A stretch of 64,000 nt of DNA from Blastocatellia bacterium (GTDB taxonomy: Bacteria; Acidobacteriota; Blastocatellia; UBA7656): the NCBI GenBank assembly GCA_035293105.1, contig DATDOV010000079.1:101574-165573 (forward strand), given 5' to 3'. The stretch's first letter is position 1. The number at the start of each line of letters is the position of its first letter. Below are positions 47,248 through 57,390 of the stretch, piece after piece. The translations under genes and the position numbers were made by a program. The notes under the pieces were generated by a model. It searched no databases. It saw nothing but the letters and a program-made list of their open reading frames with translations, and was not told the origin of the DNA.

Positions 47248-48798
47248 ATGAGTAAACCTTCACCGGTCGAGCCTAAGCGCGTCATCCTGAACCCGCCGCC
47301 CGCCCAGCTTCGCGGGATGACCGAAGAGATGCCCAATACCCGCGTCACGGTCCACGACAACACCAACACCCAGACTCGGGTCGATTCACGGTCCAAGCTC
47401 TCGACCTACATCGTCAGCAACACACCCGACCGACACGATTCGCAGACGATCACTCGCGAGGAGTATGGCCGGGTGTCGAGGATTCAGGAGGAATACAACC
47501 ACGGATGCGAGATGATCGCGATTGATGGATGGATCGGCAATGATCCGGAGTTTCGCGTGCCGGCGCGATTGCTGATTGAGAGGTCCAACGCCAACGTCGC
47601 GGGGATGCAGCAGCACCTTTACTACCCGGCTAGTGAAGGCGAGCTGCGAAGCTTCGAGCCGCGGCTAACGGTCATCTACACGCCGAACCTCAAGATGCCC
47701 GGCTATCCGGCGGATCGTTTGATCGCGGTCGATCTGGATAACGGCGTCACCAGAGTGTTCAATAGCGACTACTTCGGCGAATCGAAAAAAGGCGGCCTGC
47801 GAATGTGGAATCAGATCGTCTACGAGCGCGGCGGCCTGGCTCTTCATGCGGGATGTAAAGTCATACCGGTCGAGGGCGGGAGTCGGGTCGGGTTGATCAT
47901 AGGGTTGTCGGGCACGGGCAAGACGACGACGACTTTCACCAAGCAGAACAACTCCTCGCCGGTCCAGGATGATTTCGTCGCGCTGATGCCCGGTGGAAAG
48001 ATCTACGCCACGGAGAACGGGTGCTTCGCGAAGACGTTCGCGCTCAACGAGAAGGACGAGCCGACGATTTATCGCGCGGTCACGAGCCGGCCGGCTTATC
48101 TGGAGAACGTATCGCAGAACGAAGCCGGCCATCTGGATTTCTACGACAGCAGCTACACTCAGAACGGACGCGCGGTGGTTCGAATGCACGACATCGCCGG
48201 CGCCATGGACGCGCGCGGGATCAAGTCGGCCGATTTTCTTCTCGTCCTAAACCGCAACGACAACATCATTCCTGGAGTCGCCAAACTCGACCGCCATCGG
48301 GCGGCGGCGTACTTCATGCTCGGCGAGACTCGCGGCACGTCGGCGGGCGGCGCGGCCGAAGCCGGCAAGTTCCTGCGCGTGCCCGGCACCAATCCGTTCT
48401 TCCCGCTCAAGCACGCCCAGCAAGGCAATCGTTTCTGGGAGTTGCTCGAGTCTTCGCCGATGGAGGTGTTCCTGTTGAACACGGGACGGGTCGGCGGGCG
48501 CGACGAAGACGAGCGCTCCAGGAAAGTCCGGATTCATCATTCGTCGGCGATCGTTAAGGGCATCGCTGAAGGGACGATCGCGTGGGACGAGGACCCTGAC
48601 TTCGGGTATCAGGTCGCGACTTCGATTCCGGGCATCGAACCGGAGGACGATTACATCTTGCAGCCTCGCCGGTTGTACGAGCGACAAGGCCGAATGGACG
48701 ACTACCACCAGATAGTCGAGCGCTTGAAGGGCGAACGCCGCGAGTACATGGGCAAGTGGCAGGGGCTGAACCAGGAGATCGCGCGCTCCGTGGAATGA
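47248..48798 (+). CDS. pckA: phosphoenolpyruvate carboxykinase (ATP)
   Basis: Kinase-1a GLSGTGKTTTT, NTGRVGG, 516 aa. Confidence 0.9.
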   Translation: MSKPSPVEPKRVILNPPPAQLRGMTEEMPNTRVTVHDNTNTQTRVDSRSKLSTYIVSNTPDRHDSQTITREEYGRVSRIQEEYNHGCEMIAIDGWIGNDPEFRVPARLLIERSNANVAGMQQHLYYPASEGELRSFEPRLTVIYTPNLKMPGYPADRLIAVDLDNGVTRVFNSDYFGESKKGGLRMWNQIVYERGGLALHAGCKVIPVEGGSRVGLIIGLSGTGKTTTTFTKQNNSSPVQDDFVALMPGGKIYATENGCFAKTFALNEKDEPTIYRAVTSRPAYLENVSQNEAGHLDFYDSSYTQNGRAVVRMHDIAGAMDARGIKSADFLLVLNRNDNIIPGVAKLDRHRAAAYFMLGETRGTSAGGAAEAGKFLRVPGTNPFFPLKHAQQGNRFWELLESSPMEVFLLNTGRVGGRDEDERSRKVRIHHSSAIVKGIAEGTIAWDEDPDFGYQVATSIPGIEPEDDYILQPRRLYERQGRMDDYHQIVERLKGERREYMGKWQGLNQEIARSVE

Positions 48799-48934
48799 GC
48801 CGTGGGTAGGCAGCCGTCCTGGCTGCTCTCTCGGGTACTCGCGCGTCAGGCTTGAACCTCGAAACTGGGAAGGGGCGACGGATGCGAATGCCTGTCGCCC
48901 CTTTCGTGTTTGTTCCGAGCAGGACTCTCGGCGT

Positions 48935-49513
48935 ATGGCCGAAGCAAACCCGCAGTTGATCGTAATCGCCGGTCCGAACGGGGCCGGGAAGACTACACTT
49001 GCTCCGGTATTACTGCGCGACACTTTAGGGCTGATGGAGTACGTCAACGCGGATCCCATCGCATTGGGGCTCTCAGCTTTTCAGCCGGAGAAGGTGGCAT
49101 TCGAGGCTCGCCGCGTTATGCTCAGGAGGTTGCGCGATCTAGCGGAACAACGGATTTCATTCGCATTCGAGAGCACTCTCTCGTATGCGTCCTGGATCGA
49201 GCAGCTCCGGCGGCAGGGCTACGACTTCCACTTGATGTTCTTGTGGCTCCGTAGTCCTGACGTCGCTGTCGAGCGTGTCAAAGAGCGTGTGCGACGAGGC
49301 GGCCACGATGTTCCAGAGGGCGTAATTCGGAGGCGCTACGTGGCGGGCGTCATGAACTTCTTTCAGCTTTATAGGCCGCTGGCACAGACCTGGGCGGTGT
49401 ATGATAATTCCGACTCGGGCGGGCCGCTTTTAGTTGCGGATGGCGCGGCCGGAGGAGAACAGATCGTATACAACGGAGAGTCGTGGTCACGTATTTGTGG
49501 GGACACAGAATGA
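48935..49513 (+). CDS. zeta-toxin-like P-loop kinase (COG4185)
   Basis: LIVIAGPNGAGKTTLAP Walker A; about 190 aa. Confidence 0.6.
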   Translation: MAEANPQLIVIAGPNGAGKTTLAPVLLRDTLGLMEYVNADPIALGLSAFQPEKVAFEARRVMLRRLRDLAEQRISFAFESTLSYASWIEQLRRQGYDFHLMFLWLRSPDVAVERVKERVRRGGHDVPEGVIRRRYVAGVMNFFQLYRPLAQTWAVYDNSDSGGPLLVADGAAGGEQIVYNGESWSRICGDTE

Positions 49514-49710
49514 ACGCAAGGATCAGAATCTCGAAAGACCTCTTCAGAGTCCACGGCAAGGAGATCGAGGGAATCCTCCGTCGCGCAGTTCGTCACGCGC
49601 TGCTCGATCACAAGCGAGCCGGCAACCCGGTTGCCTCCTGGAAGGATGGTAAGGTCGTCCTGATCCAACCGGAAGATATACCGGTTGAGGACCCCCTGGA
49701 CGACAACTGA
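49510..49710 (+). CDS. small hypothetical protein overlapping the zeta-like gene stop
   Basis: MNARIRISKDLFRVHGKEIEGILRRAVRHALLDHKRAGNPVASWKDGKVVLIQPEDI. Confidence 0.35.
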   Translation: MNARIRISKDLFRVHGKEIEGILRRAVRHALLDHKRAGNPVASWKDGKVVLIQPEDIPVEDPLDDN

Positions 49711-49754
49711 CGACGGACAAGTGACTCCGGGCAACTGAACAGCTTGCCCTCTCC

Positions 49755-51272
49755 TCACCACAACCCAAGTACCTTCCACCACGCGAACCCGACACTCACC
49801 CAGATCAGAATGTTGGGCACGGATGCGACCAGTCCCATCCCCCACCATGTTCTCTGCTTGACGTAGCCCGCGCCGAAATAGATCGGCGCCGGCGTCGTTC
49901 CATAGTGTGTCAGCCCCGCCATCAGATTCGAACAGTAGGCCAGCAGCAACACCGCGACCAGAGGCGGCGCGCCTGCCGCAAGTATGACGACGAGAAAGGG
50001 TGTGTACATCGCGGTCGCATGGGCGGTGATGCTCGCGAAGCCGTAGTGTGCGTAGAAGTACACGAGCAGCAAGACCGCAAGCGCCGCGAACCACGCCCAG
50101 CCGCTCGTGAAGCCGGCCGCCCCATCCGCAAAGCGTTTTGTGATCCCCGTGTCGCCCAGCGCCTCCGCCATCCGAACCAGCCCCCCGTACCAGATGAACA
50201 CGTCCCACGCGCCCCGCTCGGCCAGCGCATCTTCCCACGTCAGAACCCCGCTCAAGAGCAGCACGCTGATTCCAACCAGCGCAACCACCGCGTAGTGGAT
50301 GTTGTGCAGCGAAGACGTCATCCATAGCGAAGCAACCAGCGCGAACACCAGCAGCATAAGGCGCTCGTCTCGCTTCATCGGTCCCAGCCGCTGGAGTTCT
50401 TTCGATGCGAACTCAGCGGCCTCGGGCGTGTGCTTGATCTCGGGCGGGAATATTCGGTAGAGCAGAAGCGGCACCACCAAAAGCGAAACAAGGCCGGGAA
50501 TGAGCGCGGCGAGCGCCCAGCGGCTGTAACTGAGCTCGAAGGTGATCCCGCGTTCGGCCAGCGTTTTCTCGGCGAACCGCGCGATGATTGGGTTCGACGC
50601 CTGGCCCGTCAGGAACATCGCACAGATGATGACTTCGCACTGGTACATCATCGTCATCAAAAACGCGCCGAGCCGCGCCGCCGTCTGGCCGGGCTTCGAG
50701 TCGTATGCTTCGGCGAGGCTCTTGGCGATCGGGAAGATGATCCCGCCGCTTCTCGCCGCGTTCGAGGGGACGAACGTCGCAAGCAGTATGTCCGTTGAGA
50801 CCAGCGCGTATCCCAACCCCAGCGAACGACGCCCAATCGCGCGAATGAACAAGAAGGCGATTCGCCGGCCCAGGCCCGTCTTGATCATCCCGCGCGACAT
50901 GAAGAACGCCGCCAGGACAAGCCACACCACCGGGTCCGCATATCCGGCGAGCGCTTCTTTAACCGGCATGACCTGAAAGATCGCGAGCGCCGATACGCCA
51001 AGCAGCACCATCGCGCCGCCGGGAAGCGGTTGAACGATCAACCCGACGACGGTTCCGACGAAGATCGCAAGCAGCCGCCACGACTGGACCGTTATGCCTT
51101 CGGGCGCCGGTATGAGGAGGAGCCCGAAGACACAGTTGAGAACAACCACCCATTTGAGCAGCGTGATTAGGAGCTGTCGTTTCGTTGATGTCGGCCGCTG
51201 ATCGTTCGGCAAGTTGGCCCCGGGTACGTTGGGCCTTGAGGCGTCAGCGCCGGGCTCGGGAGGGAATTGCAT
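49755..51272 (-). CDS. DASS/SLC13-family anion (di/tricarboxylate or sulfate) transporter
   Basis: About 500 aa, many TMs, repeated hairpin-loop architecture. GGAAGG RBS before ATG at 51272. Confidence 0.7.
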   Translation of the reverse strand: MQFPPEPGADASRPNVPGANLPNDQRPTSTKRQLLITLLKWVVVLNCVFGLLLIPAPEGITVQSWRLLAIFVGTVVGLIVQPLPGGAMVLLGVSALAIFQVMPVKEALAGYADPVVWLVLAAFFMSRGMIKTGLGRRIAFLFIRAIGRRSLGLGYALVSTDILLATFVPSNAARSGGIIFPIAKSLAEAYDSKPGQTAARLGAFLMTMMYQCEVIICAMFLTGQASNPIIARFAEKTLAERGITFELSYSRWALAALIPGLVSLLVVPLLLYRIFPPEIKHTPEAAEFASKELQRLGPMKRDERLMLLVFALVASLWMTSSLHNIHYAVVALVGISVLLLSGVLTWEDALAERGAWDVFIWYGGLVRMAEALGDTGITKRFADGAAGFTSGWAWFAALAVLLLVYFYAHYGFASITAHATAMYTPFLVVILAAGAPPLVAVLLLAYCSNLMAGLTHYGTTPAPIYFGAGYVKQRTWWGMGLVASVPNILIWVSVGFAWWKVLGLW

Positions 51273-51438
51273 CGTGATGATTGGCCTTCCAGGATCGAAG
51301 AACAACGCGCGGGATACTACCATCGCGGGCACTGCGGCTCAAGCGCGCGAGCGATCATGATTAAGGGCACGGGCGGGGACGATTTATGGGATCTTCGTGG
51401 GACGACGATGTGACGGCGACGCGCGGATCGTCGCAGTA

Positions 51439-51906
51439 TCAGAATGGGAGCGAATCTTCGTCGTCCTCGTCTGCGCTGCCGTACTCAGTCTCCCTGGAAA
51501 GCGAGTCGCCCTCGCCCCCCGCCGACCACTCTTCCCACGTGATTCCGAACGGCGCTCCTCCGGAGGTGTAACCCGCGATGTAGGCGAAGGTCGCGTCCTG
51601 ATCAACCGGCCCTGTGGTCTCATCGCTTCGATGTGCGGTTTTCCCGGCCTTGTTGCGCCTGCGCGCGGCCGCTCGCTCAACCGATCTCAACGTCCGCGCG
51701 ACGCAATCGCTTGCCAGCTTGACACCGAGCATGTCGAGTTCCTTGAACGCGCACGCCCAATCGACGCCGAAGTGCTTACGGTAGCCCTTGGCGACGTTCT
51801 TTCCGTGGTAGCTCGTCAACCACGCGCGCGCCGACTGAAGGCGCGCGGAACGAGTCATCCTCAGGCGCCGGGGGGCCGAAGGCTGTTTCCGTTTCCTTCG
51901 CGGCAT
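51439..51906 (-). CDS. hypothetical protein with basic N-terminus and acidic C-terminus
   Basis: MPRRKRKQPSAPRR...YHGKNVAKGYRKHFGVDWACAFKEL...EDDEDSLPF; downstream of the porin on the same strand. Confidence 0.35.
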   Translation of the reverse strand: MPRRKRKQPSAPRRLRMTRSARLQSARAWLTSYHGKNVAKGYRKHFGVDWACAFKELDMLGVKLASDCVARTLRSVERAAARRRNKAGKTAHRSDETTGPVDQDATFAYIAGYTSGGAPFGITWEEWSAGGEGDSLSRETEYGSADEDDEDSLPF

Positions 51907-51959
51907 CGACCGGAAGATAGCACAAGGTCTCCGCGATGTCTTTCCCTCCACCTCCAGCC

Positions 51960-53588
51960 TCAGAACGAATACAGGAACGCGAGGCTCGCCCAGTTGAGCT
52001 TCCGAGTCGCGGCCGGCTGTTTGAACCACTCGGTCAGCAATCGGCGATACTCGAGAGCGACGGTGAAACTCGGAGCGAATCTGTACTGGCCGTTGATCAT
52101 GAAAGTCTGATTGCGCTTGCGAAGCCCCGCCAGCAGGTCCTGGTCTCGATTGGCCTCGATCCCGTATCCGGCATTCGTGCTCAGCTTCTTCCACCCGCCC
52201 TCATAACCAGCGGGCGCTTCCGCGTGGACTTCAAACCACCCGCCGGTCGAGTTGATCCCGCGCGCGTGGCCATTGATCACGACTGACGATTGGGCGATGT
52301 TGCCCGACAGAATACCGAGAGCGCGGCCGTGGAACAACTCGCCGGTCACCCGCACACCCGAGCTCAGCCATGCGTTCAAGTCTCCGCTCACGCCGTACGA
52401 GTCGATCGGGCTGTGCTCGAGCGTGCCGCTGGGGTTTCCCGGTACGCCGAGCAACCGCGAATAATGGCCGCTCACCCCGAACGAAGATTCCCTGCCGCGT
52501 GAAGGCGTTGCCAGTCCGATGCGAGCTTCGAAGGCCGGCAGCGATCCGCGTTCACCCAACCCGGGCGCTCTGAACGCCGGATTGCCTGAGCTGTCGCCGG
52601 CGTTCGGGTCGAGCATCGCAGCGGTCAGTATCAGCTTCGACTGCCCCCCGATTCTCTCGCGGTGCTCGTAGCGGATCTGTGGGATTCGATTGAACAGGTT
52701 TCCCGAAGCCGAAAACCCCGCGGTCGCATAAGAGGCCAGCGTCGTCGGATTGAGCGGCGCGAAGACCGTCCAGTCCTGACCGGCTTCGATTGAGTCCTCG
52801 GCCCAGTCGATCCTCCCGTACGCGAGCCGCACGCGGAACAGGTCGAAGTCGATGCCGCTCGGAACAGCCGGCTTTCCGCCGAACAGGTCGAATTCGAACA
52901 CGCCGGTCAGCTTCGCTCCGTCAAGTACGTTTCCTTCGTAGCGCAGGCCGAATCGCGTCTGCCGCGCCGTCATGTTGAAGTTCTGATGATTCTGGTCCGG
53001 CGAGCTTCCCGACTTCTGCGCGAATAGCGGAATGTCGGAATTGTTCGACCCGCGATCAACGTAGTTCGTGTTCAGCAGGACGCTGCCGTAGATCTTCACC
53101 GGTACTTTAGACAGCGAAGTCACATCACCCGAGCTCTGCTTGTCCGGCGCGCCGGTTTGCTTCGCGCTGGCTGCTGTTTCCAATGCGGCCGACGTGACTC
53201 CGGGAGCGGGACCTTCATCGGTCTTCTTCAAAGCCGCGAGGACTTCGACCGTGTGCGCGCTGGTCTGTTCGAGACGAGCGAGCGACGCCTGCAACTCGGT
53301 GATTGCATCATTGGCGCGGCGGGCGGTTTCAAGCGCCTGAGCTGCCTGACTCTGGGCGGCTTTTGCGTCGCGGGCGGCGTTACCTGCGGCGGTCTCCGCG
53401 ATTTGCGCGCGAGCTTCGGCAGCCCTGGCCCGCTCCTCAGCCGTCGCGAGGCGAGCGGCGACCCGTCGAAGCACGGGCCTCCTCGTTGCGCGGGCTCGCG
53501 GCTTCTCTTGGGCGAGCGCCTGACCTGACTGAACCCCGATGAACGCGGCGACGGCTAACGACACCAGTATTAACGGCTTGTTGTTCAT
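51960..53588 (-). CDS. outer-membrane porin with N-terminal coiled coil
   Basis: Signal peptide, Ala/Gln-rich coiled coil, beta-barrel region ending ...WASLAFLYSF. Confidence 0.6.
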   Translation of the reverse strand: MNNKPLILVSLAVAAFIGVQSGQALAQEKPRARATRRPVLRRVAARLATAEERARAAEARAQIAETAAGNAARDAKAAQSQAAQALETARRANDAITELQASLARLEQTSAHTVEVLAALKKTDEGPAPGVTSAALETAASAKQTGAPDKQSSGDVTSLSKVPVKIYGSVLLNTNYVDRGSNNSDIPLFAQKSGSSPDQNHQNFNMTARQTRFGLRYEGNVLDGAKLTGVFEFDLFGGKPAVPSGIDFDLFRVRLAYGRIDWAEDSIEAGQDWTVFAPLNPTTLASYATAGFSASGNLFNRIPQIRYEHRERIGGQSKLILTAAMLDPNAGDSSGNPAFRAPGLGERGSLPAFEARIGLATPSRGRESSFGVSGHYSRLLGVPGNPSGTLEHSPIDSYGVSGDLNAWLSSGVRVTGELFHGRALGILSGNIAQSSVVINGHARGINSTGGWFEVHAEAPAGYEGGWKKLSTNAGYGIEANRDQDLLAGLRKRNQTFMINGQYRFAPSFTVALEYRRLLTEWFKQPAATRKLNWASLAFLYSF

Positions 53589-53820
53589 GAGTGCTCCTCG
53601 TGTTGATGTTTTGCTCAGAGAATATAGAGCCGGATCTCAGCCGGATATATGACTGGCATCACGCGCGATTGTGACGGCCGAACGAGCGAACCGAAGATTA
53701 GCGGAGTTGCATTGGAGGGTCGTGTGAGCGGGTGACGTTCTATCCGGAGAGGCGCGGCGCGCGCGAACCGATAATGCCGGAGTGGTGAAGCCGACGGCTC
53801 GTTCTACGCAGGAGGCTGTC

Positions 53821-53919
53821 GGAATAACGAGGCGCCTCTTCGTAGTAACGAATTCATTCGTTCTGTTCGTTGAGAAATGCGCGTCTCGCCAACGTGGGAA
53901 CGAATGAATTCGTTACTAC
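53821..53919. repeat. palindromic MITE/REP-like dispersed repeat (copy 3)
   Basis: ggaataacgaggcgcctcttcGTAGTAACGAATTCATTCGTTC...GAACGAATGAATTCGTTACTAC; about 90% identical to 4054-4153 including the leader. Confidence 0.75.
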
Positions 53920-53930
53920 GAAGAATCTCG

Positions 53931-55175
53931 TCAGGGTTTCCACTCTCCGCGAGCGACGGCCGGGACGAACGTATCAAGGTCTGCGGGGCGATACTCGATT
54001 TCGCGCTTCTGTTCCGCGCTCATGTAAGCCGTCATCAACAACTCAGTCACCGCAAGGCCGTCGTGGAAATTCTCCTCAGGCTGGCGGTCGTCGATGAAGC
54101 ACTCTATGAAGTAACGATTCTCCGCTTCGTAGCCGTAATCCGCGCCTTCGTCGCCAACGACCGGCATCAAGCCCTGCTCGGCGTTCTGTTTTTCCACTAG
54201 GTCTTCGCCCGCTTCGCCTTTCACGTTGCGGCTGAAGAAGAGCTTGAGCCCGCTGTCCAAGGTGTTGATCGAAAGCGAATACTCTGGGCCGAGCAGTTCC
54301 ATGCTCAAGCGCAAACCCGCGCCGACGTAGCTCCACGAGGTTGTCGCCTCGACGATCAGCGGCGCGCCGTGCTCGTCGACGTAGTTGACCGTCGCGCGCG
54401 CGAAGTCCTCGGCCGGCGCAGTGGCGTAATCCACCGATCTGCCCATCATCTCCTTCAGCCTTTCGATGTATTCGGGCCTGGACCACTTGAGCGATGCGAT
54501 CTGCGCCGATACTGAAACCGGACGGATGCTCGACCGGGGCTTGCCGGGCTCGGTGAGCATGAAACGGGCGACCTCGACGCTGTGACACATCATGTCGTTG
54601 AGTACGCCGCCGCCTTGAAGCTCTCCTTGCCAGAACCACGGCATGTGCGGGCCGCTGTGTTCTTCGGCCGCGCGCGCCAGATAAGGCCTGCCGGCGATTG
54701 CCGCTCCACGCGCCCAGATGATCTGACGGCCGCGGGTGACCGCCGGCGTGAATATCTGATTCTCGAGATATCCGTGAAGTACGCCGGCCTCTTCGACCAA
54801 CTCGACCATGCGTTTGGCTTCCGCGACGTTGCGAGCGAGCGGCTTCTCGCAAGCGATCGCGGCAACCGACCCCTTGCCCGAGCGGAGGGGGGCGGTGATC
54901 GCTTCCATGTTCTCGATGCGGTGATGATTAGGCCCGCACAGCCATATGAAGTCGATCTCGGGCGCGGCGACCATCTCTTCGATCGAAGCGAACACCCTCG
55001 CGTCGCCCACTCGCAGAGACCGCGCGAGCGCCGCCGCTTCTTCGGCGCGGCGGAGGTTCGGGCTCCAAACACCGCGTACGTCCGCGTCGCGCACGCCTAC
55101 CCACGACCTGATATGAAAGCGAGCGTTGAACCCGCTGCCGATGAAGCCAACACCTGGTCTTGTATTCAAAGCCAT
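53931..55175 (-). CDS. Gfo/Idh/MocA-family oxidoreductase
   Basis: N-terminal Rossmann VGFIGSGFNARFHI; about 410 aa. Confidence 0.85.
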   Translation of the reverse strand: MALNTRPGVGFIGSGFNARFHIRSWVGVRDADVRGVWSPNLRRAEEAAALARSLRVGDARVFASIEEMVAAPEIDFIWLCGPNHHRIENMEAITAPLRSGKGSVAAIACEKPLARNVAEAKRMVELVEEAGVLHGYLENQIFTPAVTRGRQIIWARGAAIAGRPYLARAAEEHSGPHMPWFWQGELQGGGVLNDMMCHSVEVARFMLTEPGKPRSSIRPVSVSAQIASLKWSRPEYIERLKEMMGRSVDYATAPAEDFARATVNYVDEHGAPLIVEATTSWSYVGAGLRLSMELLGPEYSLSINTLDSGLKLFFSRNVKGEAGEDLVEKQNAEQGLMPVVGDEGADYGYEAENRYFIECFIDDRQPEENFHDGLAVTELLMTAYMSAEQKREIEYRPADLDTFVPAVARGEWKP

Positions 55176-55255
55176 CCGTCACATGCCTCCAGATTCGCCG
55201 GTGCGGCGCTGTCAAAGCCAGTCACTAGTTTAGCCGCGCGCTATCGCGCCGCCGC

Positions 55256-56275
55256 TCACGCGCCTTCATTCGAGGACCTCATATTGCCGCCGAGTGTCTT
55301 ATACAACAAGTCCGCGGAGGCAACCACCGCAACCGCAAGCACGACGCCCGCGATCACGTCCACGACGTAATGGTAGCGCAGGTAGACGGTCGATATTATC
55401 AGCGCGCTCGCGGCCGGCAGCGCCCACCAGAACGTCGGCCGGTGAAACTTCCTCGCGTAGTAGACGACAACCAGCGTCAACATCACGTGTCCGCTCGGGA
55501 AGCAGTCGCGCGTTATTCCTTCCGCGCGGTCGAGCGTCGCCCGTATCCAGTCGACCAGGAGAAGGCCCTTGAGCGGAAACGACTGATCGCCGGCTAGGAT
55601 GAAACGCGGCCCGATCGCCGGCACGGCTATGTAGCCCAGATACGAAATGTAGAACGAAAGAACGATGACGAAGACGAGGAAGTGGAACTTGTCGAACCAG
55701 CCCTTGCGCCAGACCACGACCCCAAGCGCAAGCGGAAGAACGTAATACGTGATATAAGAAAGTTGAAACAGCTCGGTCAGCAGCGGCCAGGTCGCTCGTT
55801 CGAGCCACACAGTAGGATCAACGCCGAAGATCCATCGGTCGATCGCCGCAAGCTCCCAATCGAAGTCGCGCGGATGAATGCGCGGGATCAGGTACTCGAG
55901 TTCTTTGTAGGTGAACGGTATCAGTGCGACCGGATACCAGGCGCGGAGGAACGAGACTGGGAGACGGGGGGACGCGGAGACGCGGAGACGCGGAGACGTG
56001 CCTCCGAGTTTTGCGATAAGGACGACGCATAGGATTGCGAGCGCGTGGGCGAGCACGAACCACAACCAGCCGCTGATTCGCTCGTTCGAGATGACGACCA
56101 GCGCGGCGATGATCGAAATGTACGCGACGACGACCTTATCGGCGGGACTGAGCGATCCGTAGTAGTCCGCTCCCGTCTCCGCGTCCCCGCGTCTCCGCGT
56201 CTCCGTGTCGCCCCCTCTCCCCCTCTCCCCGTCCCCCCCTCCCCGTCTCACAGCCAGCCCTCGCTCTTGTACCAC
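55256..56275 (-). CDS. PAP2-family phosphatase with in-frame GC-rich 8-bp tandem repeats
   Basis: PAP2 motifs PSGHVMLT and RYHYVVDVIAG. Repeat tracts at 55961-56000 and 56170-56250 encode SPRLRVSASPRLPV and RRGGGDGERGRGGDTETRRRGDAETG. Confidence 0.7.
   Translation of the reverse strand: MVQERGLAVRRGGGDGERGRGGDTETRRRGDAETGADYYGSLSPADKVVVAYISIIAALVVISNERISGWLWFVLAHALAILCVVLIAKLGGTSPRLRVSASPRLPVSFLRAWYPVALIPFTYKELEYLIPRIHPRDFDWELAAIDRWIFGVDPTVWLERATWPLLTELFQLSYITYYVLPLALGVVVWRKGWFDKFHFLVFVIVLSFYISYLGYIAVPAIGPRFILAGDQSFPLKGLLLVDWIRATLDRAEGITRDCFPSGHVMLTLVVVYYARKFHRPTFWWALPAASALIISTVYLRYHYVVDVIAGVVLAVAVVASADLLYKTLGGNMRSSNEGA
56170..56250. repeat. tandem (CGTCTCCG)n / (CCCTCTCC)n octamer repeats at the 5' end of the PAP2 gene
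   Basis: ccgtctccgcgtccccgcgtctccgcgtctccgtgtcgccccctctccccctctccc. Related tracts at 55961-56000 and 12340-12380. Confidence 0.6.
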
Positions 56276-57243
56276 TCGGCCGTTTCGCGAAGGCCCTCTT
56301 CAAGCGGTACACGTTGCCGGTAGCCGAGGTCGCGCCTGGCACGCTCGATCGAACATCCCCAACATACCTGGGAGAGATCGGTGACCTTGTCGCGATTGAT
56401 GACTGGGGGCTTTCGGATCAACGCCGCTCCGGCTTCGGCGACGAGCGCGATGGCGTAGGCGATTGGGCGCGGTATGGCAATCATGCGCGGCCGCCGGTCC
56501 AGAATCTCCGCAAGCAACGTGGCGACCTCACGCATAGAGTAGACATCTTCGCTCGATATGAAATACTCTCTTCCGGTGGCGGCGGGACTGTCGCCGGCGA
56601 GCGTGATCCCTTCGACGAGATCGCGGACATGAACGAGGCTGACGAGCTTGTCGTAGCGGCCGATCATGGGGAACATCCCGCCCTTGATCGCCTTGAAGAA
56701 CTCGAAGACTCCGTAATCGCGCGGCCCATAGACGGCGGGCGGCCGGACAATCGTCACCGGCAGCAAATCGATTGCCGCGCGCACGGCTTCTTCAGCCATC
56801 AACTTGCTTCTACCGTAAGGGGTGATCGGCGCTGGAGGGGTGTCTTCGTTGACCGGCAGTCCGTCGCGGCCCGGACCTACCGCAGCGAGCGAGCTGATGT
56901 AGACGAATCGCTTGATTTGTTTGCGGTGCTTGAGGGCCGCCGCCAGGATCGCTTCGGTTCCGCGATGGTTGACCTCGAAGTAGTCCCGCCGCCGCCGTGC
57001 GAACGTCAACCCGGCGACGTGATAGATGGTATCGACGCCGGCGAGCGCCGCGTTCCAGTCAGTCCGATCGTCGAGCCCTCCGTATGCGAATTCAATCTCG
57101 CGGTGTTTGACGTATCGCAGGTTGGAGCTTGGGCGGACCAGGCAGCGAACCGAGCGGTGTTGTTCGACGAGGCGGTCGACAAGGTGGCTCCCGACGAAAC
57201 CGGTCGCCCCGGTCACCAGCGATCGTCCCTCAGAGTCGGCCAT
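56248..57243 (-). CDS. NAD-dependent epimerase/dehydratase (HpnA-like)
   Basis: VTGATGFVGSHLVDRL Rossmann motif; YxxxK. Confidence 0.85.
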   Translation of the reverse strand: MADSEGRSLVTGATGFVGSHLVDRLVEQHRSVRCLVRPSSNLRYVKHREIEFAYGGLDDRTDWNAALAGVDTIYHVAGLTFARRRRDYFEVNHRGTEAILAAALKHRKQIKRFVYISSLAAVGPGRDGLPVNEDTPPAPITPYGRSKLMAEEAVRAAIDLLPVTIVRPPAVYGPRDYGVFEFFKAIKGGMFPMIGRYDKLVSLVHVRDLVEGITLAGDSPAATGREYFISSEDVYSMREVATLLAEILDRRPRMIAIPRPIAYAIALVAEAGAALIRKPPVINRDKVTDLSQVCWGCSIERARRDLGYRQRVPLEEGLRETAEWYKSEGWL

Positions 57244-57390
57244 CGAGTTGCAGGCTCCCGAACAAGATTGGTCCAGACGAATCGCGAGTGATGATAGCAA
57301 GGATTCAACCGTGCGCGCACGCTGTTCTGAGTTCAAGCTTCAGCTTGCCCGTCGGGAACAGCAACCTAAAGGTCGAACTCAGAACAAGTG

